Virus record (IMG/VR): IMGVR_UViG_3300037418_002157
DNA from: a virus
Length of the DNA stretch: 62,382 nucleotides
Direction: 5' to 3' (one strand)
The position numbers and the translations under genes were made by a program. Under the pieces are notes generated by a model. It saw only the letters and a list, made by a program, of their open reading frames with translations, did not search any database and was not told the origin of the DNA. The first letter of the stretch is position 1; every line of letters starts with the position of its first letter. This document shows, piece by piece, positions 1 to 6,511 of this stretch.

Positions 1-127
1 TCAGTGTAAGGGGTGGGTTGACATTTGTAAGGGGTACCCTTACATTTAGAGAGTCAGGGCACGGCAAGCAGGGGAGACGAAGATGAACGCCACGGTTCGC
101 GAGCAGGCCGATACCGCAGTGCAGGCG
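1..127. repeat. Terminal overlap, copy 1 (identical to 62256-62382); indicates a circularly closed replicon
   Basis: Direct reading: the 127 nt tcagtgtaaggggtgggttgacattt...ccgcagtgcaggcg occur at both window ends. Unique length is 62,255 bp. Confidence 0.9.
18..46 (+). promoter_or_regulatory. Sigma70-type promoter TTGACA-17 nt-TACATT with an operator-like palindrome in the spacer
   Basis: TTGACA at 18-23 and TACATT at 41-46. Inverted repeat TGTAAGGG-gta-CCCTTACA at 26-44, plus an extra half-site TGTAAGGGG at 5-13. On the circle it lies between divergent genes 61964-62251(-) and 83-349(+). Confidence 0.55.
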
Positions 128-349
128 ATGGCTGCGAAGCTCACCGACGAGGCCCTGTGTCTCGCCTGGATGGGCACCGAGGGCAAGCCTGCCACCAAGG
201 AACTCGCCATCGTGCGCGGCTGGATCATGGACGAGCTGAACGCGCGCCTCGGCGACGACCTGTTCGACGAGTGGCTGATCGCTGCAGGCGAGGACGGCAA
301 CGGCGTCAACCCGCTCGCCTACCTCGCGACGGCCCACCGTGGTCGCTAA
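83..349 (+). CDS. Hypothetical protein (88 aa)
   Basis: ORF track. High GC3. GGGGAGA RBS-like motif 6 nt upstream of the ATG. Confidence 0.6.
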   Translation: MNATVREQADTAVQAMAAKLTDEALCLAWMGTEGKPATKELAIVRGWIMDELNARLGDDLFDEWLIAAGEDGNGVNPLAYLATAHRGR

Positions 350-638
350 GAACCGGGCCGCGTTTGTGGAACTTGAGCCGGAGGGCCTGGCCATCGACGA
401 GCTGTGGCACCTCACCGGATTCGTTCGATGTGCTGACTGCGGCTACCTGGTCCACACCGAGACCCTCGCCGCCCTGCCCGAGCATCGCTGCACCCAGCGG
501 CAGGCACGCCCCCGACGCACCCAGCAGGTCACACGCTCGACACAGCTGAAGCTCCCTGTCGAGAAACGCGGCCAAGTGGACGTCATTCGCGACCTGTCCG
601 ACTACGACCGCGACAAGGGTACGGAGGGAGACGGATGA
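339..638 (+). CDS. Hypothetical protein (99 aa) with a CxxC...HxC motif
   Basis: ORF track. Overlaps the upstream stop. Contains CADCGYLVH...EHRC. Confidence 0.5.
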   Translation: MVAKNRAAFVELEPEGLAIDELWHLTGFVRCADCGYLVHTETLAALPEHRCTQRQARPRRTQQVTRSTQLKLPVEKRGQVDVIRDLSDYDRDKGTEGDG

Positions 639-760
639 CCGACCTCGTCCCGCACCAGCCGGACGCCACCCCCGCCGCCTACGACGCTGCGACGCTCGCC
701 GTCCTGGCCGCCATGGAAGAGGCAGCCGAGAAGCACCTCGACGCCATCCGCCCCCACTGA
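635..760 (+). CDS. Small hypothetical protein (41 aa)
   Basis: ATG at 635 overlaps the upstream TGA (ATGA coupling). Translation MTDLVPHQPDATPAAYDAATLAVLAAMEEAAEKHLDAIRPH has high GC3. Too short for the ORF-track cutoff. Confidence 0.3.
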   Translation: MTDLVPHQPDATPAAYDAATLAVLAAMEEAAEKHLDAIRPH

Positions 761-774
761 CGTCCGGCGCAGTC

Positions 775-804
775 GAGCCCCGCTCCCATCGAGGAGCGGG
801 GCTC
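775..804. terminator. Bidirectional stem-loop terminator between convergent genes
   Basis: Perfect 12-bp stem gagccccgctcc / ggagcggggctc with loop catcga, followed by ttcgtcgtc. Confidence 0.6.
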
Positions 805-820
805 TTCGTCGTCTCTGGGG

Positions 821-1153
821 TCAGGCCCCGTCCATTTCTCGGGTGATGACGTCCCGGTAGTCCATGTACCGGTCGACCACCTGTGCTGCCTCAAACTCAT
901 CCAGCCCGTCCGAGGCCATCTCGGCGTCGATGGCCTCACGCCGTGCCCTCTCCGCCAGTTCGGCGAGGAAGAGCAGCAGTTCCTTGGCTGTCGCGTCGGG
1001 GTTGCGCTCCAGCCAAATCTCGGCCCACTGGTAGCCCTGCCCCTTGGTCGTAGCTTCAATCCGAGCCCGCAACGTCTCAGATGCCTGCGACTTGCTCGCT
1101 TCCACTCCACCTCCGTGATCGCCGTGTGACGGAAAACCGTCGACTGTCGTCAT
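821..1153 (-). CDS. Hypothetical protein (110 aa), divergent from the resolvase
   Basis: ORF track 821..1345, trimmed to the internal ATG at 1153 (MTTVDGFPSH...). The longer form would overlap the resolvase start region. Confidence 0.5.
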   Translation of the reverse strand: MTTVDGFPSHGDHGGGVEASKSQASETLRARIEATTKGQGYQWAEIWLERNPDATAKELLLFLAELAERARREAIDAEMASDGLDEFEAAQVVDRYMDYRDVITREMDGA

Positions 1154-1186
1154 CTCGTCAACGAGCCTATCGCCGCAGGAAGTTGC

Positions 1187-1225
1187 TGTCGATAACTTGC
1201 GTCGGAAATCTATGACGGATAACAG
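1187..1225. promoter_or_regulatory. Possible res-like recombination or regulatory site upstream of the resolvase
   Basis: Locally AT-richer DNA with TGTCGATAAC (1187-1196), CGTCGGAAAT (1200-1209) and GGATAACAG (1217-1225). These resemble TGTCYRNTA-type resolvase half-sites. Confidence 0.3.
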
Positions 1226-1246
1226 TGCGCGTGTATGGTTCTCGAC

Positions 1247-1834
1247 ATGGATTTCGGATACGCCCGGGTCTCCACCGCCGACCAGAACCCGGACCACCAG
1301 ATCGACGCCCTCAAGCGCGCAGGCGTCGATGAAGAGAACATCCACATCGACTACGCCAGCGGCGCCAAGGCGTCCCGCCCAGAGTTCGACATCCTCATGA
1401 AACGGCTCCGGGAGGGGGACACGCTCAAAGCCACCCGCCTCGACCGGATCTCACGATCGCTCATCCATCTCGTCAACCTCGGCGCCGAGCTGAAGGACCG
1501 GGGGATCGGGCTGCACATCATCGAGCAGGGCATCGACTCCTCGACACCGGAGGGTCGCGCAATGTTCGGCATGCTCGGCGTCATGGCCGAGTTCCAGCGC
1601 GAGCTCATCCACGCCAACACCATGGACGGCCTCGCCGCCGCGCGAGCCCGCGGGCGCGTTGGAGGACGCCGCCCCAAGCTCACGGCACAGCAAGCCGAGC
1701 TCGCCCAAGAGCTCTACGACAAGCGCGAGAAGACCGTACAAGAGATCGCCGACCTGCTCAGCGTGCCGCGCACAACCGTCTACGGACACCTCAACCGATC
1801 GAACTCCGCGTTCCGCAAGAAGGAGAAGTCGTGA
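1247..1834 (+). CDS. Small serine recombinase (resolvase/invertase family)
   Basis: MDFGYARVSTADQ catalytic-Ser motif, DRISRS, GLHIIEQGIDSSTPEGRAMF and a C-terminal HTH (KTVQEIADLLSVPRTTVYGHL). Start placed at the ATG at 1247. Confidence 0.93.
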   Translation: MDFGYARVSTADQNPDHQIDALKRAGVDEENIHIDYASGAKASRPEFDILMKRLREGDTLKATRLDRISRSLIHLVNLGAELKDRGIGLHIIEQGIDSSTPEGRAMFGMLGVMAEFQRELIHANTMDGLAAARARGRVGGRRPKLTAQQAELAQELYDKREKTVQEIADLLSVPRTTVYGHLNRSNSAFRKKEKS

Positions 1835-2010
1835 GCCAGGACCGACCCGTCCGCCATCCTGACCCCAAACAGAACGAGGCCTACTGGGCGCGCATCGACC
1901 GCATCGTCGCCCAAGCCCCGCCGCTCACCGACGAGCAGCGGGCCATCATCCGCACCGCCTTTCACGCGCCCAGGCAGCCCGAGTTCCAGCTACACGAGGA
2001 AGGCCGATGA
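1831..2010 (+). CDS. Hypothetical protein (59 aa), translationally coupled to the resolvase
   Basis: GTG at 1831 overlaps the resolvase stop. AAGGAGAAG RBS at 1820-1828. High GC3. Ends in an ATGA overlap with the next ORF. Confidence 0.5.
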   Translation: MSQDRPVRHPDPKQNEAYWARIDRIVAQAPPLTDEQRAIIRTAFHAPRQPEFQLHEEGR

Positions 2011-2285
2011 GCGAAGACCCAGACAACGTGGTCCACCTCTTCAGGGAGGGCATCGGTGACCGCGTTCAGCGGCAGATGGTTGAGGACTGGGAGAAGGCGT
2101 TCCTGGCGGTTGGCCAGTCGCTCACCGACGAGGAGACGGCGACCAGCCTGCGGGTGACGCTCTCGTTCATGAGCCACCTCATTCACGGGCACTTCGAGGT
2201 CGGTCAAATCACGGCGGATCAGAGGGACTCGCTGTTGTGGTGGCTTCACACAGGCACCTATGCGGCGGACGAGCTGCAGAAGTAG
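2007..2285 (+). CDS. Hypothetical protein (92 aa)
   Basis: ORF track. ATGA coupling to the upstream ORF. Confidence 0.6.
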   Translation: MSEDPDNVVHLFREGIGDRVQRQMVEDWEKAFLAVGQSLTDEETATSLRVTLSFMSHLIHGHFEVGQITADQRDSLLWWLHTGTYAADELQK

Positions 2286-2325
2286 ACGGCCGTGTAGCCA
2301 TGCCCCCGTGCCACACTGTCCGCAA

Positions 2326-2355
2326 GCCCGCCGACCCACCCCCGTGTCGGCGGGC
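2326..2355 (+). terminator. Stem-loop after the resolvase operon
   Basis: Perfect 10-bp stem gcccgccgac / gtcggcgggc with a 10-nt loop. No T-tract. Confidence 0.45.
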
Positions 2356-2373
2356 CCCCGCTTGCCCCAGAAT

Positions 2374-2389
2374 TCGAACACGCGCTCTA
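2374..2389. promoter_or_regulatory. Degenerate SOS-box-like sequence upstream of the LexA-like gene
   Basis: TCGAAC-acgc-GCTCTA compared with the actinobacterial LexA box TCGAAC-N4-GTTCGA (10/12 matches). Lies 9 nt upstream of the ATG at 2398. Confidence 0.3.
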
Positions 2390-2397
2390 CTGGGGTT

Positions 2398-2625
2398 ATG
2401 GCGCCACCCCGCACCCACCACCTCACCGACGCCCAGGAACGCATCCTCGCGTTCATCCGCCGGACCATTACCGACCGCGGCGAGGCACCCACCCTCGAGG
2501 AGATCGGCGCCGAAATGGGCCTGGGCAGTAGGAGCGCGGTGCACTACCAGCTCGAGCAGATGCAGCGGAAGGGCGCCATCAGCCGCGAACCGCACCGCTC
2601 CCGTGGTATCCGGCTGACACGGTGA
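2398..2625 (+). CDS. LexA N-terminal winged-HTH DNA-binding domain protein (75 aa, no S24 peptidase domain)
   Basis: LTDAQERILAFIRRTITDRGEAPTLEEIGAEMGLGSRSAVHYQLEQMQRKGAISREP matches the LexA DNA-binding domain pattern. The ORF stops where the LexA hinge and cleavage domain would begin. Confidence 0.75.
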   Translation: MAPPRTHHLTDAQERILAFIRRTITDRGEAPTLEEIGAEMGLGSRSAVHYQLEQMQRKGAISREPHRSRGIRLTR

Positions 2626-2825
2626 ACCCCGAGCGTTTCCACCTCACCCTCACGTCCGCCGGCCGTCCGGTCGCGCACGGCTGGTGGGGGAACGAGACGG
2701 TAGCCCGCGGGAAGTTCGTGGAGTGGATCGGCTGGGGCGTGCCCGGTGCGCGGGTGGTGCTCGTTGACGAGGACAGCGGCGAGACCCTCGACGACTGGCC
2801 CGGAATTGTCGGCGGCGGCGCTTAA
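2622..2825 (+). CDS. Hypothetical protein (67 aa)
   Basis: ORF track. GTGA coupling to the upstream gene. Confidence 0.55.
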   Translation: MNPERFHLTLTSAGRPVAHGWWGNETVARGKFVEWIGWGVPGARVVLVDEDSGETLDDWPGIVGGGA

Positions 2826-2920
2826 GCTGCTCGTATCACTGTTCGCGTCTGCTGCACGCGGCCGGTTGCTCCGAATGGCGCCCTGCTCGGCGTGATGCAC
2901 CGGGCGGGGCGTCGCGGCGT

Positions 2921-3100
2921 TTACGCCGCCTCGACGATCTCGGCCCGGACGGCTTCCGCCCATTCCTCGACGAGCCGCTCGTACTGCCTGCGCTCCTCGG
3001 GTGTGAGTCGCACCCGCGGGTCCACCCACAGCGCGCGGATGTCCTCGTTCACGGCCGCAGCAGGCCGTACAGGACCCGGAGGCGGGAGAGACGGGGGCAT
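2921..3100 (-). CDS. Hypothetical protein (59 aa) downstream of the GntR gene
   Basis: Manual reverse translation: MPPSLPPPGPVRPAAAVNEDIRALWVDPRVRLTPEERRQYERLVEEWAEAVRAEIVEAA. High GC3. One residue below the ORF-track cutoff. Confidence 0.5.
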   Translation of the reverse strand: MPPSLPPPGPVRPAAAVNEDIRALWVDPRVRLTPEERRQYERLVEEWAEAVRAEIVEAA

Positions 3101-3132
3101 GCCCTGATCTTATGGCGGGGGTATGACAGCGG

Positions 3133-3423
3133 TCAGCCCTCCGCGGCACGCCTGCTTGGGTCAACCACGTAGATCCCCATTCCGGTGATCGTCTCGACGA
3201 GTCCCGCGTCCTTAAGCACCTGAGTGGCCTTGCGGAGGGTGTCACGGGCGACGTTGTACGTCTGCTCCATCTCGACCATGGAAGGGATGCGCCGGCCAGG
3301 TGGGATCGTCCCGTCCTCGATCTTCCGCCGTAGATCGTCGGCGATCTGCCGGTATGGGGGTACGGGCCCTTCCCTGTCGATGATCACTCTTTGGACGCTA
3401 GTCTGCCACCCATACCACGCCAT
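3133..3423 (-). CDS. GntR-family winged-HTH transcriptional regulator (96 aa, DNA-binding domain only)
   Basis: PPYRQIADDLRRKIEDGTIPPGRRIPSMVEMEQTYNVARDTLRKATQVLKDAGLVETITGMGIYV is a canonical GntR HTH pattern. Confidence 0.85.
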   Translation of the reverse strand: MAWYGWQTSVQRVIIDREGPVPPYRQIADDLRRKIEDGTIPPGRRIPSMVEMEQTYNVARDTLRKATQVLKDAGLVETITGMGIYVVDPSRRAAEG

Positions 3424-3433
3424 AGCTACCCAT

Positions 3434-3473
3434 GGGGGTAGTAGGGGGTAGTAAGGTCAAGGTCACAGTAAGG
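3434..3473. promoter_or_regulatory. Tandem direct repeats (operator candidates) in the divergent region next to the GntR gene
   Basis: GGGGGTAGTA twice in tandem (3434-3453), AGGTCA twice in tandem (3454-3465), and GTAAGG twice (3451-3456, 3468-3473). Confidence 0.45.
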
Positions 3474-3529
3474 ACCCCCGCAGCCGCTGTCACGGCTCGG
3501 GGGCGTGGCCGACGGAGTGGAGCGTCGAC

Positions 3530-3712
3530 ATGGCAGATCGTAGAGGCGAGCAGCCCCCACCGCAGCCCACCCAGCAGCCTGCGGCCTGTCACTGCGGCAG
3601 CCACGACCACCAGCCCCTGCGCGTCGGCGAAACCCTCTCCCTGTCCGGCGAGCCGATACCCGTCGTCATCTGCCCCGCCGAATCCGCCAGCGGCCTCGAG
3701 GGCGCACTGTGA
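3530..3712 (+). CDS. Hypothetical protein (60 aa)
   Basis: ORF track. Moderate-to-high GC3. Coupled to the next ORF by GTGA. Confidence 0.4.
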   Translation: MADRRGEQPPPQPTQQPAACHCGSHDHQPLRVGETLSLSGEPIPVVICPAESASGLEGAL

Positions 3713-3879
3713 CCGGGCAGGAGCGGCAGCGCGAAGACATCTGCGGGCCGTGCCGCATCGGCGAATGCAAGCACTGCGACGGCAACATCGACCTCAAGCC
3801 CGGCGGCGGGCCGGCTGTGCCGCTCGCCAGGTGCGCGCACGCGTGCAGCAGGGGGCGGGTGCGGCAGGTCAAGGCTTGA
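3709..3879 (+). CDS. Small Cys-rich hypothetical protein (56 aa)
   Basis: Manual translation VTGQERQREDICGPCRIGECKHCDGNIDLKPGG...CAHAC. GTG overlaps the upstream stop. Zinc-ribbon-like CxxC/CxxC. Confidence 0.45.
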   Translation: MTGQERQREDICGPCRIGECKHCDGNIDLKPGGGPAVPLARCAHACSRGRVRQVKA

Positions 3880-4025
3880 TCGCTGGCCAACGCATTACCG
3901 CAGGTAGCGCAACGGGCGGGATGTGTGTGAACTGTGCAGATATATGCAGCGTGAACCTTCCGTTACCGACGGTACGCGGGGTTGAATCCCGGTCAGCAAG
4001 CGGTTGTGATCACCGCCGCACCAGG

Positions 4026-4259
4026 TCAACCGTGAAGGAGGTCGGTGACATGCACCCGCAGCGCATGCGCGACAAGCAGGAGATGACTCAGCTTCATCTC
4101 CTGCCCGGCCTCCATCCTCTGGATCGTCGACCGATCGAGGCCGGCCGCGTAGGACAGCGACTCCTGGGTCATGTTGAGGTACAGCCGCCGCACTCGTATG
4201 CGGTCGCCGACCGCCCGGCGGGCGTCGAGGATCCATGGCGGGTGTTCGGAGGCTGGCAC
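4026..4259 (-). CDS. XRE-family HTH transcriptional regulator (77 aa)
   Basis: LYLNMTQESLSYAAGLDRSTIQRMEAGQEMKLSHLLLVAHAL is a Cro/CI-type HTH pattern. Confidence 0.85.
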   Translation of the reverse strand: MPASEHPPWILDARRAVGDRIRVRRLYLNMTQESLSYAAGLDRSTIQRMEAGQEMKLSHLLLVAHALRVHVTDLLHG

Positions 4260-4437
4260 CCGACCAACCGTTTACGGATCATGATCGCGGGTCAGCAGCA
4301 AATCTGCTGCATTCAATGATCATGAGATGCGCGCGACGGACCGCGCGCCCCCCGACGTAGAACAAGAGCAAGCCCTTACGAACGGCCTTGCGGCCCGCGC
4401 TGGCATATGCCGCAGGGCTACATGTACTGTGCAGAAA

Positions 4438-4453
4438 TCGAACACAGGTTCGC
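4438..4453. promoter_or_regulatory. Near-consensus actinobacterial SOS (LexA) box
   Basis: TCGAAC-acag-GTTCGC, 11/12 matches to TCGAAC-N4-GTTCGA. Sits in non-coding DNA between the XRE gene and attP. Confidence 0.55.
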
Positions 4454-4744
4454 CCGAAGGAGTGAACTACCGCATCGACCTGCATCCGTTAGGCAATACG
4501 GAAGGTCGAGGGGACATAGACGTGCCGGCCCCACAGAAGGGGCGCCCCCCACTGTGGAGGCCGGCACGAGCGCACCCCCAGCCTCCGGGCTGGGGGTGCG
4601 TGCTCACCTCGTCCGTGGGAGATTGGGAGACGTTTTGGGAGACGATCATGCAGACGGAACCCGGCGCAACACCCAAACAACCCGGAGCAACACGGCAGCA
4701 ATTGGCCTTCAACCAGGCAAAACGCGGCCCGACTGCAGGTAGTT

Positions 4745-4840
4745 GACAGGGATGCGGCGATCTACACGATCTTCGAGGGAACGAGCGAGATCCAGCGCCT
4801 GGTGATCGCGAGGACACTCTCGGGGATGCCGATCCGCTGA
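4745..4840 (+). pseudogene. 3'-terminal fragment of an acyl-CoA dehydrogenase gene (putative attP common core)
   Basis: In-frame translation DRDAAIYTIFEGTSEIQRLVIARTLSGMPIR-stop matches the conserved ACAD C-terminus (RDAKI.QIYEGTNEIQR.VIAR). There is no start codon or upstream ACAD sequence. Confidence 0.7.
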
Positions 4841-4884
4841 CACATCACCGCAGCAGGACACGCGTAGATCATTCGCATTAGGAA

Positions 4885-4910
4885 GGCCCTCCCGACGTTT
4901 CGGGAGGGCC
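4885..4910. terminator. Stem-loop terminator downstream of the ACAD fragment and of int
   Basis: 10-bp stem ggccctcccg / cgggagggcc with loop acgttt, followed by gtttcc. Confidence 0.6.
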
Positions 4911-4963
4911 GTTTCCGTGCGTCCGCAGGGAGATCAAAACCCGTTTGGGAGATGAATGGGAGA

Positions 4964-6226
4964 TCAACTAGCAGTTGGGGGATCCGGGAGAGGAACCGGG
5001 CCGAACTCGCGCCGGTCGACAACCGGCTTCAACGACTGCTCCCAACGGGACTGCAGCGTCTCGGCGATCTTCAGCTCCATCGTCAGCGTCGTGTGAGAGT
5101 AGGTCCCCTCGACGCCCTGGAGCGTGTGGCCCATCCGCTCCTCAACAGCCACTTTAGGGTGCCCGTCCTCATCCAGCCAGACCTTGTGCGAATGCCGCAG
5201 ACCGTGCGGCACCAGCCCCTCAACCCCCAGCACCGGCCGCACCCCCGGCCGGTAGCCGACCCGCGGCTTCGCCGGCCGCTCCGGACGCCCCGCCACCATG
5301 AACCGCCACGGCCCGGAATACCAGTCCCCGCCGCGCAGCAGCCGGCCACCCCGAGGCGCGGTGAACACCCACTCCGACCCCGGGCGCGAGTCCAGCAGTT
5401 GCTGAAGCAGCGCGGCCAGGAACACCGGGATGATCAGGCCGCGGCCCGAGTCGTACTTCGCCGGGATCTGAGTGAACTCCCCATCCACGTACTGGCTCTG
5501 ATGCTCCAGATGGATACGGGCACCCAGGCCGCGGTCGGTCAGCTCCAGCTGGCTGCGGTGCACGCCCGCGAGTTCGCCGATGCGCAGGCCCGTGTAGGCG
5601 GAGGTGATGACGAGCGCGTACTCGTTCAGCCCGTACATCTGCAGCCCGTTGCGGGCTATCAGCAGCACCTGGCGGGGCGTTGCGATGACCTTCTCGTCCT
5701 TCGGCTTCGGCTTGTACTTGCCGCGCCGGCCGGACTTGCGGGCCGCGACGGGGTTGTCGCCGCGCAGCTTCTCGCTGACGGCGTCGTCCAGCATGGTGCG
5801 CAGGACGCTCATCACACCGTCGGCGTAGTTCTTGGAGACGTCCTTGCGGAGCTTCTTCTCCCACGTGGATATCCCGGTGGCGGACAGGTCACCGACAGCC
5901 ACCGTCCCCCACTGGGGGAGGATCTTGTTCTTGAGGCGGAGCCGGTACTCCTTCTCGCTGAGCGGCCCGACGTCGATGGACTCGATCCACGCCTCGGCCC
6001 ACTCGGCGACCGTGATACGGCCATCGCGCGGATTGATGAACGTCTTGCGCCGCACGTCGGTTTCGAGGCCGGCGGCGTAGTCGCGGGCGGCACGCGCGCT
6101 GTAGAAGGGCTGTCCGCGGTCGTCCTTGGAGACCGAGCCCCACTGGCCGTTGGGGAGTTTGTAGCGTCCGCGCCAGCGCCACTTGCGGGCCCGCTTGTCG
6201 TAGCCGCGTTTCTCCGCGTGCGCCAT
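4964..6226 (-). CDS. int: Tyrosine integrase (420 aa)
   Basis: Catalytic signature TGLRIGEL (Arg), HGLRHSH (His-x-x-Arg) and MGH...GTYSH (His, Tyr). N-terminal arm-binding/SAM-like region. Confidence 0.95.
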   Translation of the reverse strand: MAHAEKRGYDKRARKWRWRGRYKLPNGQWGSVSKDDRGQPFYSARAARDYAAGLETDVRRKTFINPRDGRITVAEWAEAWIESIDVGPLSEKEYRLRLKNKILPQWGTVAVGDLSATGISTWEKKLRKDVSKNYADGVMSVLRTMLDDAVSEKLRGDNPVAARKSGRRGKYKPKPKDEKVIATPRQVLLIARNGLQMYGLNEYALVITSAYTGLRIGELAGVHRSQLELTDRGLGARIHLEHQSQYVDGEFTQIPAKYDSGRGLIIPVFLAALLQQLLDSRPGSEWVFTAPRGGRLLRGGDWYSGPWRFMVAGRPERPAKPRVGYRPGVRPVLGVEGLVPHGLRHSHKVWLDEDGHPKVAVEERMGHTLQGVEGTYSHTTLTMELKIAETLQSRWEQSLKPVVDRREFGPVPLPDPPTAS

Positions 6227-6295
6227 GGATCACCTCACGCATGACCGTTCATCGTGCTGCCGGAAGTGTGGCATGCCCTCAAGGGCGGTGGAGGC

Positions 6296-6511
6296 TCAGC
6301 CGGTTACGGCCCTGAGTGCGCGCAGAACAAACGGTTCGTCAAGTCGCTGCCATCCGGGGCTCATGGCGCGCAGGGCGGCCTGCAGGGCAGCCGCGCCCTG
6401 CTCGGTGATCAGCTTCTTGTCGATCAGCACTTCGAAGCCGTCGTCAGCGTCAACAACCCACACCTGCACGCGGTACGGCATTCCGGACACGCGTAGAACC
6501 CGCAGACCCAT
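6296..6511 (-). CDS. Hypothetical protein (71 aa) upstream of int in the same operon
   Basis: ORF track. GGGGGA RBS. No recognisable HTH. Confidence 0.6.
   Translation of the reverse strand: MGLRVLRVSGMPYRVQVWVVDADDGFEVLIDKKLITEQGAAALQAALRAMSPGWQRLDEPFVLRALRAVTG

Larger units (their letters stand above)
4616..4982. other. attP region: host-gene-derived core flanked by arm-type TGGGAGA repeats
   Basis: TGGGAGA at 4616, 4624 and 4636 on the left. AGGGAGA at 4927, TGGGAGA at 4946 and 4957, and TGGGGGA at 4976 on the right. All copies are in the same orientation, flank the 4745-4840 core, and abut or overlap the integrase 3' end. Confidence 0.6.

Noticed and set aside
3976-3994. tRNA T-arm-like sequence gcggggttgaatcccggtc
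   Set aside because: The stem has only 4 clean base pairs. The loop has G where the conserved C56 should be. No acceptor, D or anticodon arms could be folded from the upstream 70 nt.
3432-4319. 295-aa plus-strand ORF spanning the GntR-XRE interval
   Set aside because: It has Arg/Ala-rich composition and runs antisense through the XRE gene. It overlaps better-supported small ORFs in another frame.
4327-4746. 139-aa and 111-aa ORFs in the left attP arm
   Set aside because: They have mixed codon usage, low GC3 and no RBS at a sensible distance. The region is full of hairpins, the SOS box and arm-type repeats.
4762-5022. 86-aa minus-strand ORF across the attP core and terminator
   Set aside because: It runs antisense to the ACAD-derived core, spans a terminator hairpin and overlaps the int 3' end. 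Its composition is non-coding.
6296-6511. The 71-aa gene upstream of int considered as the excisionase
   Set aside because: It has no recognisable HTH or winged-helix motif. The HTH protein at 7642-7971 is a better Xis candidate. It is kept as hypothetical.
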